Source of the DNA: Octopus bimaculoides
Taxonomy: Eukaryota
Assembly (NCBI RefSeq): GCF_001194135.2
Contig: NC_068990.1
Coordinates: 93,195,990 to 93,235,612, forward strand
Direction: 5' to 3'
DNA length: 39,623 nucleotides
Part shown: positions 21,813 to 32,834 of the stretch, in pieces
Numbering within the stretch: position 1 is the first letter of the stretch
Layout: each line of letters begins with the position of its first letter
Position numbers and translations under genes: made by a program
The notes under the pieces: generated by a model
What the model was told of the DNA's origin: nothing
Databases searched by the model: none
What the model saw: only the letters and a program-made list of their open reading frames with translations

Positions 21813-22669
21813 AATATACCCTTACTATAAGGGTATATTGTGAATGTAGGGTGACATGTTGTGACTAAACTGTGACAAGTAACTGTTTGACGGCAGTATG
21901 AATGTCTGGGGATGTGGGTGACATGTGACAGAATCGTCATGTGACTGTTTTGTGATGTGATAACGTAATACTGATAAATCACAGTTGCTCGACTAGATAA
22001 GGTGTCACGTCTCAACTAAAGAGTTCTCAATGTTTGGTATTCTGTTGCTATGACAACAACAACATTACAAACACTGAATATATTACAATTTGGTCAGAAA
22101 TTGATGTTTATTGCATGGAGAAGAAAGTTTATAAAAGTAAAATCAGAAATAGATAAGACATCATTAAGTAATGACAATATAAATTGTTGTTGTTGTCATT
22201 GTTGTTGTTGTTTAGTTCTAGATCAATCTTGCTCCAGCAATTTGTTCCAATGTGACCATTCCATCTGTTATTCAGGATAAGAGCTATCTAGTACTACATT
22301 GTACTATATGCTCTCTTTTGAAGATGGCATGGTGTGATTTGAGGCAGATTTGACTGCTATTTCAAACAAATTAAGGAAGCTCCTAATTGGTTTGCTAATT
22401 TGAATTCCTGATTATTTTTAATAGCTTAATCAGAGAATGAAGGGGTTTCCATCCCCACTCCATTACTCTTTCCAGTGCCACTGAAACCTGGCCCAAATAT
22501 TTGCATCAAGGTAGAATTCTCCAGTTAAAGGCATTGAAAAGCTGTGTGGTGATGTTGGATTAATTAAATGATAATGTCTTAGAGTTTTAATACGGGAAAC
22601 TTTTCTGCATAAAAGCATCCATTAAACATTATATTCTTTGTTCTAAAAGTTCCTCTTTATATTTTCCAG

Positions 22670-22723
22670 ACCTGTGATTACGCTATGTTTGGACCGATGC
22701 GACTGAAGCATATCAAATTGTCA
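22670..22723 (+). CDS. Candidate 54-nt symmetric exon (TCDYAMFGPMRLKHIKLS), unverified
   Basis: Strong acceptor TTCCTCTTTATATTTTCCAG and consensus donor TCA/GTAAGT. Length is divisible by 3, frame 0 is open, and no repeat similarity was recognised. No homolog recognised. Confidence 0.3.
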
Positions 22724-23970
22724 GTAAGTACCATTTTGTTCTTCTCAGATGTAATTTTTTTATAGCCAAGAACTCTAAACAACATTCCAGGTTCAAGTGT
22801 TGTGTTCAGATTTTTTTTGGCTAAAAGTAAAAACAAAAGGAAATTTCTGTTAAAAATCATTTGAACTTACTACTATGGAAATCATATTCTGTATTTGATG
22901 GCATTAAAGATGCACTGGTGTATCAGATGCAACCTGATTTCAGCAGGAAATATTCAGGAAAAAAACATTTCCAGTGCATCAAAGCACATAATATTGCTAA
23001 ACTTTGCATATAGGACCCAGGAAGATTTTGGTTTTTTTGAGACTTTTTTGGTGGGTAAAAAAGTCTTATATTGCCATCAAATACAGTAATTTCTGAAATT
23101 AATATTTTTGTTTGGAATCTTCTAGTTTATTGTTTTTGCAACTGTTTCTGTCCATATAAAAACCATTTTTTATTTAATTGTTTGCACACAGACTGTGCAT
23201 ACATTTATTCTGTTCCTGTTAGCTTGTTTTGTGATGTTGTGAAGTTCAGCCATGTCTACAACATGTTGAATGCTTGAGTAATATATTTTTATTGGATAAG
23301 GTCTCTTTCCATAACAGTTTTCTGCCCACTCTAGGATTTGAACCTATCACTCCAAAGTAAAGCCTTACCAATTATTGGTTTATTCCCTGTTGGAAGCAGC
23401 CATTGTTGTATAGTGACATTAACAATCAGGTCCTTCCCAGAAAAGGGGTCCCCTGCATTGACATGAGATATGAACCCTCAGTCAGTTTGTCAGACTATTA
23501 ACAACCTATCGGCTTTAACCAGCTGCACCTGTCATTCTGTTGCACCCTGTTGCACCTTAACTTTTCAAAGACAGTTTCATTTTTCTAACCAAGCATTGCA
23601 CATTTTGTTTCCAATAACACTGGAAGCAGATCAAGGATTAAGTGTGTCTATGGTGGGCTAAATCCTTGCAGACACCTGAAAATAATTGTGCAATATATTC
23701 TTCAGCTAATTTAGACAGGTTGCAATGGCAAACATACCCCATTCCAGTTAATTATGCAAGTTGTATGACTGGGTATTGAATCTGTGTAGCTGCATTTCAG
23801 GCTTCCAGTTCACATCTCTTGAATCATTTCTGGTTTTTCTTACCGATTTTTTTTTCAAGTTTGTCCTTTGTTTCTGTTCTTATATTTTAGTTTTTCTGGG
23901 GTTTTTTTTACTCTTATCTAAACTTCTTCTTTTATTGTACTTAGCTTCTAGTGTGGAATTATAATGGTAT

Positions 23971-24102
23971 ATATACCAAATCCACTCACAAAGCTTTAGT
24001 TGACCTGAAGCTCTAGTTGAAGACACTAGCCCAAGGTGCCATGCAGTGGGACTGAACCCAACACCATGTGGTTGGGAAGCAAGCTTCATACCACACAGCC
24101 AT
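23971..24102 (-). mobile_element. 5' half of type A tRNA/CORE-like SINE
   Basis: Reverse complement of the head: CCCAAGGTGCCATGCAGTGGGACTGAACCC...ACCACACAGCCATG. Confidence 0.85.
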
Positions 24103-25572
24103 GGTGGTTTATATGTTTTTACACCTTCTCAAGACGTCTATCAGTCTAGAGATTGTTTATTTGGTGCTGTTTTCTTGGTTATCTTTATTTACAGATCTTT
24201 ACATTTAGATAATTTCTCTCCATTTCCTATGGAGACACATTACCATTTGTTGAAATTGAGATTTTGATTAGGAAGTATTTCCTTTCCTACTCGTCCTTGA
24301 CAGCAATATCTGGTCAATTAACATTGATCACTTTGTCTGTTTGGATTGGCATAGTCCAGAGCATGGTCTCTTTGTCATTTTCTGAGAACCTTTTTGCCTG
24401 CTGTATGTTTCTACAACACCTTTTCTCTGGTTTAGCATTGTTGTTGTTGCTTGTCTCTGATCGAGCAGATGAAGATGATGAAAACCTCTTCAGCCTTAAA
24501 CATCCCTTCTTCATTTAGATATGGTGAATGTAAAACTTCATTATCTTATGTGACTTCATTTGAAGGAGATCTAGCTGCTATTTATAGGAGGTTGAGCAAC
24601 TACGTAGAGGTTGCACTTTGGTGGCATAATGTCAACTGCATGAAAGCCCCCAACCGTATTATACCTGAATATTTATTCTCTTTCAACCAAGAATCAGCAG
24701 CCAGTGTGTATCTGATTGATTTATTGCCATCTTCACATTTTCTGCTTCATTCAGTGGAATTTGATGGGATCATTGTAACCTTGTGTTGCAGTCAAAAATC
24801 AATTAATGTCAATTTTTGCTCTTAAAATTCCTCTGGTGCTTTCTCAGCATAAATCTCCCAATCTTGTTAGAGACATCGGTGAAATGCTGTTAGTCCAGTA
24901 TAAATATCATAAAAATATCTCAACTGAACTTGGGTGAATTTTGCTGTTATGATATAACGATTGTTGATGTATATTGAGAAGATGGTTCTTACCTTTTGTC
25001 GATTTTTATCTCATATGTCACTTTCACCTGCCAAGGTACGTTGAATACAGTTGTGTTGATTACACATAAGTGTTTTTTACATATATTTACAAGACATTGA
25101 TTCGTGGGCATTGATTTCCTGTCTCCAAGCTGAATTCGTCGTGTTCTAGTTAGTCTTTGTAACATTTAAATTACATCAGTAAATTTGTATTTTTTAATCC
25201 TTACCATTCACCATAATGAAAGCATTGATTCAGTATCAACTACATGGTAACTCCACTCCTGTCTACAATCAATAAATCCCGATATCACTTGCTTTGTTAG
25301 CATTTAGAGATGACATAGAAATATTGCATTAATTATTTTCTCCAAGTCCAAGCTCCCTTTCTCTAATTAAATCATTTATAAACAATTAATATCTTAAATC
25401 AATCAATAAATAGTATCAATGAATTCTAACTCACTGCTATAGGAATTAACCACCATGATGCGCAAAAATCGAAGCCAGAGAAATTCAATTAATAAAATAC
25501 AAAAGACACACATGGTGCAAACAGGAATTCTTTTGACAAGAAGTTTTCTCTAAAATAAAGTTAAACTTTCTT

Positions 25573-26012
25573 GCCCCCCCCCACCTCCACCACCACCACT
25601 ACCACTCTGCCGCCACCATCACCACTACCACAACCATCACCACCATTCTGCCACCACTACACTGCCACCACCACTCTGCCACCACTANNNNNNNNNNNNN
25701 NNNNNNNNNNNNNNNNNNNNNNNNNNNNNNNNNNNNNNNNNNNNNNNNNNNNNNNNNNNNNNNNNNNNNNNNNNNNNNNNNNNNNNNNNNNNNNNNNNNN
25801 NNNNNNNNNNNNNNNNNNNNNNNNNNNNNNNNNNNNNNNNNNNNNNNNNNNNNNNNNNNNNNNNNNNNNNNNNNNNNNNNNNNNNNNNNNNNGCCCCCCC
25901 CCACCTCCACCACCACCACTACCACTCTGCCGCCACCATCACCACTACCACAACCATCACCACCATTCTGCCACCACTACACTGCCACCACCACCACTAC
26001 CACCACCACCAC
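25573..26012. repeat. (CCA/CTA)-rich low-complexity repeat spanning gap 25688-25892
   Basis: The same ~110-nt sequence appears on both sides of the gap. Confidence 0.85.
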
Positions 26013-26013
26013 C

Positions 26014-26123
26014 TGTACTAGGCTTACAAAGAATAAGTCCTGGGGTTGATTTGTTCGACTAAAGGCAGTGCTCCAGCATGGCCGCAGTCAAATGACTGAA
26101 ACAAGTAAAAGAATAAAAGAATA
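26014..26123 (+). mobile_element. 3' tail of type A SINE
   Basis: GTACTAGGCTTACAAAGAATAAGTCCTGGGG...CAGCATGGCCGCAGTCAAATGACTGAAACAAGTAAAAG matches 27340-27440. Confidence 0.9.
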
Positions 26124-26381
26124 TAAGAAAAACTATTAAAATGACTGTCTGTATTAAGCAGGTATAGAGAACATAAATTAACATGAAGGTTTGATTGAAG
26201 GTTTTGATTAAAATCATGTTAAAACAAGAAATCTTTCTTATTGGAACGAGGGCAGTCTCAGGCAGATTGTTATCAAAAGGGTTAAGAAGAATGTTACGAA
26301 TGTTACTCATTGATTTTACATTAGAAAATTACAATTTTAAAATCTCACAACAGGAGATATTCAGCAACAGTACTTTGGTGA

Positions 26382-26731
26382 TAAAGGTTGTTTGCCAACA
26401 TAACATGGCAGTCCTGGTTTAGGACAAATGTTGCTGTAATTTAGCCCCAAGAGACATAGTCTCCTGATGGCTATACGACACGATCTGTGTCCTTATATTT
26501 TCAAACAAGGGAATCTAGCAGCTCCACACAGCTAAAAACAATATCTTTGTATCGCAATTTCTGGGTTATTTCCCTTCATCAGCACAGAATAATTTGTTTT
26601 GAGCTGAGTGGGGGTGCTAAATTCCCTTGTTTGAAAATATAAGGACACAGATCATGTCATATAGCCAGCTGGAAATGATGTTTCATGGGGCTAAATTACG
26701 GCAACATTTGTCCTAAACCAGGACTGCCATG
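26382..26731. mobile_element. Fold-back element with 138-bp inverted arms and a hammerhead motif in the spacer
   Basis: Arms 26404-26541 and 26594-26731 are reverse complements (about 15 mismatches, ~89% by manual count). A solo arm is present at 10492-10620. Confidence 0.85.
26544..26588 (-). ncRNA. Minimal type I hammerhead ribozyme motif of a third family (AUA triplet)
   Basis: TCTGTG-CTGATGA-A GGG AAATAA CCC A-GAAA-T TGCG A-TA-CAAAGA. Stem I pairs 5 of 6 and runs into the long arms. The core is intact, and the stem III octamer ATTGCGAT is one substitution from the palindrome ATTGCAAT. Pair 10.1-11.1 is A.A. Confidence 0.65.
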
Positions 26732-26779
26732 AGTTTAACCTGGTTTCTCTGTCATCTAGAATGGGATTCAGCTTACAAA

Positions 26780-26932
26780 CTCCCTGGATGGTATGCCAGT
26801 CTCCTGTTGGGTTAACTTCCCAGCTCTTCCTGGAACCCATCAGAGTGAACTGGAACAACATAAAAGGAAGTGTTTTGCTCAAGAATACAATTCACTTCTG
26901 AGTCAGGAGTGCAGCACCTCAGCCACTGGGCC
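26780..26932 (-). mobile_element. Decayed CORE-type tRNA-SINE (type D)
   Basis: GAAGTGTTTTGCTCAAGAATACAA (CORE-like, reverse) and CCCTGGATGGTATGCCAGTC tail. Related to 33244-33410 and 28972-29080. Confidence 0.6.
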
Positions 26933-27012
26933 TCATATCCTGCAACTAGCTCCAGCAAAATAATGTAAGCATAATTTTACAATAATGTAACAGAGATGCT
27001 CCACATATAGTT

Positions 27013-27440
27013 GCAGGCGTGGCTGTGTGGTAAGAAGCTTGCTTTCCAACCACATGCTTCCAGGTTCAGTCCCACTGTGTGGCACCTTGGGCAAGTGTCT
27101 TCTACTATAGCCTTGGGCTGACCAAAGTTTTGTGAGTGGATTTGGTGGACGGAAAACTGGAAGAAGCCCATCGTGTGTGTACACACACACGCACACGCAT
27201 ATATATATATATGTATATATGTTTGTATGTATATATTTGTGTGTCTGTGTTTGTCCCCCCACCATCGCTTGACAACCAATTTTGGTGTGTTTACATCCCT
27301 GTAACTTAGCAGTTCAGCAAAAGAAACTGATAGAATAAGTACTATACTTACAGAGAATAAGTCCTAGGATTGATTTGTTTGACTAAAGGCAGTGCTCCAG
27401 CATGGCCACAGTCAAATGACTGACACAAGAATAAAAGAAT
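27013..27440 (+). mobile_element. Full-length type A tRNA-derived, CORE-like SINE with internal microsatellite
   Basis: A-box TGGCTGTGTGG (27020-27030), B-box GGTTCAGTCC (27063-27072), CORE-like ACCTTGGGCAAGTGTCTTC, internal CA/TA/TG tract, and tail ending GACACAAGAATAAAAGAA. Confidence 0.92.
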
Positions 27441-28557
27441 GCCCCTGACCCCCTTCGACAAAAGCATTCTGTGATATTCGTATCAAACTTAGAAAATAGC
27501 AAAGTGTAACATTTATGGTGGAACTTTAATGTAGAGACACTTCATCTTCATTGACAAACAGAATAACTGAGAACCTCTTCCTACAAGACTGCCACTATTA
27601 ACCATCTACAAAATGTCAGGATTGAAGTTCCACAGACCATTTTGCATGGCCGCGTAGTAGACTGAATATTAGACGAGAATCCGAGTGACAGGTGCCCTCT
27701 TTCTTGAACCACATGTGACCCTAGGGAGCAGCTCATGTCTAATAAACTGTGATGTGACTATACCTGTTCACCATCCAGAGATATTCCAGTTACAGTAGCA
27801 GTACATATATGCCCATCACCGATAAGAGCATGTCAACACATCTTCTTTATCAATGTTGGCAGTAGATTGACCTCCTGTTTCTTTCATGGGAAAGAAATAG
27901 AGCAGAAATTTTAATCTGAGAGTAAATGTCTTAATCAGAATACCACTGTTCACTATGTTGTTAACCTACCAATAATGTATACTGTGTTGTTAATTCAAAA
28001 CTTCTGTACACTTTGGTGTTAACTACCACCACCACCACCACAACCACCACCACTCGAGTGTCAACTACATACACCACAGCACTGTATCTTCATATCATCT
28101 TCCTAGTTAAAGCAATAATGACTGTCTATCTTTTCATTAAACAAGTAACAGAGTGACTTTTCATGAAATTGTAAGATTATAAACTATGATGAACAGATAT
28201 AAATATAAATAAATAAATAAGTAGGCATGATCGTAACAAAACAGCCATTTATTCTGATATATTCTAACATATTTGAAATGTTTTCAAAGCTACATTTCAA
28301 TAAAATGGCAGCGATGCTATGCAGTGAGCACATATTCTCAGTATGTGTTTTGGTCGAGATAAGAACAACACCAAGGATATGTTTTATCTGAAGAATATAA
28401 TCTGACAGAAACCTATGAGTCCGTGTTCTTGCTGAGCAAAATTAAAAGAATTCTTTTGTGAAGACTTTTAAAATCCAGTCATAAATAGAGATAGACGTAA
28501 GCAGTGAAATTAATACATGTGTGCGAGCGCGTGTGTGTGCATATATATGTATATGTA

Positions 28558-28590
<33 letters not shown>

Positions 28591-28971
28591 NNNNNNNNNN
28601 NNNNNNNNNNNNNNNNNNNNNNNNNNNNNNNNNNNNNNNNNNNNNNNNNNNNTATATATATACATATTCATATATTTGCCCACACATGTGTGTGTGTCTG
28701 AGTAGAATGTAAACAAAGTGACACATAAAAGCAAGCCAAGCCATATATATATGTATGGATATGGATAATAAATAAATATGTATGTGTAATAACAGTATAC
28801 TGATATATAATGACACTCTCCCATCGAAGACGATGTATGAGCGTTCAGTTTTTGCCAAATGACCTGCACAGGTGATTTTTTTTATGGTGATCAGATGTTT
28901 GTGCTGGACATTACCTTACTCCCGCCATCAAATCAATGTAGCATGAACAGGTGCCACGCCTCAGGTGTCAA

Positions 28972-29080
28972 AGTGAGATGAAGTGTTTTGCTCAAGAATA
29001 CAACACAGTACTTGGTCTATGAATTGAAACCACGATTTCGCGATTGTGAATGCAACACGTTAACCATTAGACGATGCCTT
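28972..29080 (-). mobile_element. CORE-type tRNA-SINE head (type D)
   Basis: GTGAGATGAAGTGTTTTGCTCAAGAATACAAC...GAATTGAAACCACGAT...TAACCATTAG is the reverse complement of a tRNA head plus CORE-like domain. Confidence 0.75.
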
Positions 29081-29262
29081 GTCCTGTATAATAATAAAGG
29101 AAATGGAAGAACAACTGAGAATGGAATATTTCTGAAGACTAAGATTGGTGCTGCGCTCAAACTTGTCTGGATGGAATAGAAGCCAAGCAGTTAATACACG
29201 GGCGATGGCATCACTTTGGTATGGAGCTGGAATCATATTCTGGCTAAAGAAAGAACTGATAA

Positions 29263-29843
29263 ATGAAGACAAGAAAAATATTGACAGTGCACGGAGCCTT
29301 TCAGTCTAAGAGTGACACCGACAGGCTGTACTTGTCCAGAAGAAAAGGTAGGAGAGGTTTGATCATTTGCCAGGACTGTATGGAAGCAGAGGAAAACAGC
29401 TTAGGGTGGTATATGAAAAATACTGGGGAACCGTTGATGAAACATGTGAAGACGTCTGGCATCATTAATATTGATAATTGTGTAAAAAAGGAAAAACTTA
29501 AAGAGGAAAGAAACAGAAAAAAAGAAGCAACACTGAAGGAGACAAAATGTTCGGTCAGTTTGCCGGAAGTACAAATGCCATGAGAAATAGAGAAGACCGG
29601 TGGCTATGGATGAGGAGGAGTGACCTGAAGATAGAGACAGAAGCACTTATATTGCACTGCAAAAGTACAAGTATTAAGGGCCAAACATGTGAAGTACAGA
29701 ATTGATAATACTACCAATGCTACCAACAGTGACGAGTGCAGGATGTGTGGTGAGAGGGGTGGAACGGTGTGGCACATCGTTAGCAAATGCCCGAATTTGG
29801 CACAATGCGAATACAAAAGACGACATGACAACGTGGCAAGACT
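29263..29843 (+). mobile_element. R4/Dong-clade non-LTR retrotransposon fragment (post-RT region plus CCHC zinc knuckle), frameshifted
   Basis: KTRKILTVHGAFQSKSDTDRLYLSRRKGRRGLI matches the R4-type RKTRKLLT.H.A.HPKSDVDRLY..RK.GGRGL motif. CRMCGERGGTVWHIVSKCPNLAQCEYKRRHDNVA is C-x2-C-x8-H-x4-C followed by RHD, upstream of the restriction-like endonuclease. Confidence 0.92.
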
Positions 29844-29974
29844 GTGTGTGTTTGTGTATGTATACATGTATATATGTACAGTCGTAAAACCGAATATGTA
29901 TGTGTTGGTGTATATGTATATATGTGCATGCATATGTATAAATATCTATCTATCTTTTTAGCCATGTATCTATC

Positions 29975-29976
<2 letters not shown>

Positions 29977-30044
<68 letters not shown>

Positions 30045-30058
30045 CCTCTCTATCTATC
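29977..30058. repeat. (TC)n plus (TATC)n compound microsatellite
   Basis: Seen directly. Confidence 0.95.
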
Positions 30059-30060
30059 TT

Positions 30061-30398
30061 ATGTCGAACGACTGCTGTCACATGTGGGACAAGTCGGTTT
30101 ATCAATTGAGTCTATCGTCAATATCGTCAAGCCGCCTTCCTTCAAATGGGAAGGAAGAGTTATTTTCATCGTACTTGTGGCTATGGCGAAAGAATGCATC
30201 TGGTGGACATGTCTGAAAGGATTAGAGACAAACACTTTCCTCTCTGGTCAATCTCTCATCAACTTTTTCAAGTATCACTTGAAAAGGAAGGTGAGAGTAG
30301 AGAGGCAAATGTTGTCTAGCGAATGTTTCCAAAAAAGATGGGTGAATGTAGCAAGGATGGCACATAGAAATACAGGAACGAAAGGGTTAAAGATATAA
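30061..30398 (+). mobile_element. Tx1/L1-clade LINE ORF2 C-terminal fragment (5'-truncated)
   Basis: An uninterrupted ~110-aa frame with LVAMAKECIW...LINFFKYHLKRKVRVER...F..RW, resembling the Tx1 ORF2 C-terminus pattern (AK..IW...R...E......F...W). Confidence 0.6.
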
Positions 30399-30499
30399 TT
30401 CTGTTTGCATTTACTTTGTGTAATCTGAATCGTTTGTATATTCTTATTAAATCTTTGTATTTAGTTTGGAAAATAGTCTTTTTAAATCCATTGATTAAT

Positions 30500-31165
30500 T
30501 TAGGCTTCAAGACCTTGGATTCATAATTAATCCAAATAATACTCTGGCAATTATGGCATGTTCTTGGATGGTCTGCAGTAAATCACAATAAAGTGGAGGA
30601 ATATTGTCAGAAGTGATAAACTTGTCAAGGCCAGATGTAAATATATGTAAACACATGTCATATTTATAAATGTGTGTCTGCATATATGAGGTGTGTAATC
30701 TGTCTAGAATCACAGGTGGACTAACGGAGACTAAAGTCAGTTTCATGTGTGACAGATGCACAGGTGCAATATGAGCTCATTGGAAATAGACTCTCTGAAA
30801 TGTTCACATGGCTCATTTGAACTAATCAATAGATTTTGTTACCGAACAGGTGGAATTAGTAAGGTAGGTGATTGCTCTGAAAGTGTAGTAATCAAGGTAA
30901 GAATAGGTTGGAAAGGATTGAGGGAACCACTACCCCCATTGCTGGCAATAAAAGTCCTTTCCCTCAAGAGGAAGGAAAAATTGTGAAAAATGTTTTGTGT
31001 TATAGTTATAAAGCATAAGCTGGGCCTAAATGCAGAGGAGTTTAGAAGATTGGAAAGAAATGAAGCGAGCATGCTCTACTGGATGGGCATTGTAAATGTG
31101 TATGAACAATGGAGGGCAAAAAACATGTTTGGTGAAAAATTGGGCATAAGAGGAATCTGATGTGT
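30500..31165 (+). mobile_element. RTE LINE ORF2 fragment, decayed
   Basis: ITGGLTETKVSFMCDRCTGAI and DSLKCSHGSFELINRFCY...GDCSESVVIKVRIGWKGLRE...LSLKRKEKL are collinear with other RTE copies. Confidence 0.85.
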
Positions 31166-31631
31166 GTATTGACATTCTGCTGCTCTTCACTCCTATTTCT
31201 ATCTACATTTCAGCTTAAGAATTTAAAATAACTCCAGATTTTGTTCAAAATATGTCTATGTATACCCTAAACTACATTTATAATGATTAATTAACAATTT
31301 TCCCCTATACCCTTGCAAAATCATTTACTCCATCAGACTCAATAAATAATCTATAATCATATCAAAGTGATTGATTATTCTACCGTACTTTATTATCTGA
31401 TGAGATGAAATGCTGGAACCCAATCTGTCTGCAACTTGATGCAGAAAACATTACCAGGACTTTAAAAATTAAAATCATTAGTTTTACTATTTGAATTATT
31501 GCAATTCTCTGTTGTGTCACTGAAATAATTTGCTTTATTTTTAACATGAAAACAACTTCCAAATGCCTAGGAAAAATTTATGAAGCAAATATAAAAAAAA
31601 AAAATATATAACTAAGATATATATACACAAA

Positions 31632-31668
<37 letters not shown>

Positions 31669-31670
<2 letters not shown>

Positions 31671-32798
31671 TCATCATCATCATCATCGTTTAACGTCCGC
31701 TTTCCATGCTAGCATGGGTTGGACGATTTGACTGAGGACTGGTGAAACCGGATGGCAACACCAGGCTCCAGTCTGATTTGGCAGAGTTTCTACAGNNNNN
31801 NNNNNNNNNNNNNNNNNNNNNNNNNNNNNNNNNNNNNNNNNNNNNNNNNNNNNNNNNNNNNNNNNNNNNNNNNNNNNNNNNNNNNNNNNNNNNNNNNNNN
31901 NNNNNNNNNNNNNNNNNNNNNNNNNNNNNNNNNNNNNNNNNNNNNNNNNNNNNNNNNNNNNNNNNNNNNNNNNNNNNNNNNNNNNNNNNNNNNNNNNNNN
32001 NNNNNNNNNNNNNNNNNNNNNNNNNNNNNNNNNNNNNNNNNNNNNNNNNNNNNNNNNNNNNNNNNNNNNNNNNNNNNNNNNNNNNNNNNNNNNNNNNNNN
32101 NNNNNNNNNNNNNNNNNNNNNNNNNNNNNNNNNNNNNNNNNNNNNNNNNNNNNNNNNNNNNNNNNNNNNNNNNNNNNNNNNNNNNNNNNNNNNNNNNNNN
32201 NNNNNNNNNNNNNNNNNNNNNNNNNNNNNNNNNNNNNNNNNNNNNNNNNNNNNNNNNNNNNNNNNNNNNNNNNNNNNNNNNNNNNNNNNNNNNNNNNNNN
32301 NNNNNNNNNNNNNNNNNNNNNNNNNNNNNNNNNNNNNNNNNNNNNNNNNNNNNNNNNNNNNNNNNNNNNNNNNNNNNNNNNNNNNNNNNNNNNNNNNNNN
32401 NNNNNNNNNNNNNNNNNNNNNNNNNNNNNNNNNNNNNNNNNNNNNNNNNNNNNNNNNNNNNNNNNNNNNNNNNNNNNNNNNNNNNNNNNNNNNNNNNNNN
32501 NNNNNNNNNNNNNNNNNNNNNNNNNNNNNNNNNNNNNNNNNNNNNNNNNNNNNNNNNNNNNNNNNNNNNNNNNNNNNNNNNNNNNNNNNNNNNNNNNNNN
32601 NNNNNNNTAACTTGGTCGCCCAGATAGCGGAAGCTATCGACTACCTCTAGTTTTTCACCCTGGAATGAGATAGAAGTTGTTTCCTGTTTGTTTGCAGTCT
32701 TTATTGCACCTGAACATCTGCCACAAACAAAAACTAACTTGCTAGTTAACCTGCCTTTGATGTTGCTGCACCTCTTATGTGTCCATAGCTTGCACCGG

Positions 32799-32803
<5 letters not shown>
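31669..32803 (-). mobile_element. RTE LINE 3' fragment bridged by an 812-N gap (31796-32607)
   Basis: Terminus with (GAT)n at 31669-31795. The ORF2 piece CTRCKLWTHKRCSNIKGRLTSKLVFVCGRC...LEVVDSFRYLGDQV lies at 32608-32803 on the same strand, and the gap is of the size expected for the missing part. Confidence 0.85.

Positions 32804-32834
<31 letters not shown>

Noticed and set aside
24100-25200. Possible ancient LINE endonuclease/linker remnant on the minus strand, plus ORFs 24264-24825
   Set aside because: Only vague motif resemblance (LCVINTTVFN), and the ORFs have no recognisable domain.
25573-26008. About 110-nt direct repeat on both sides of gap 25688-25892, giving a Pro/His-rich ORF
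   Set aside because: Near-identical sequence on both gap edges is typical of overlapping contig ends or a collapsed low-complexity array.
28385-28425. CTGAAGA...GAAAC...GTC spacing like a hammerhead
   Set aside because: Stem I and stem II cannot form, so this is a chance motif.
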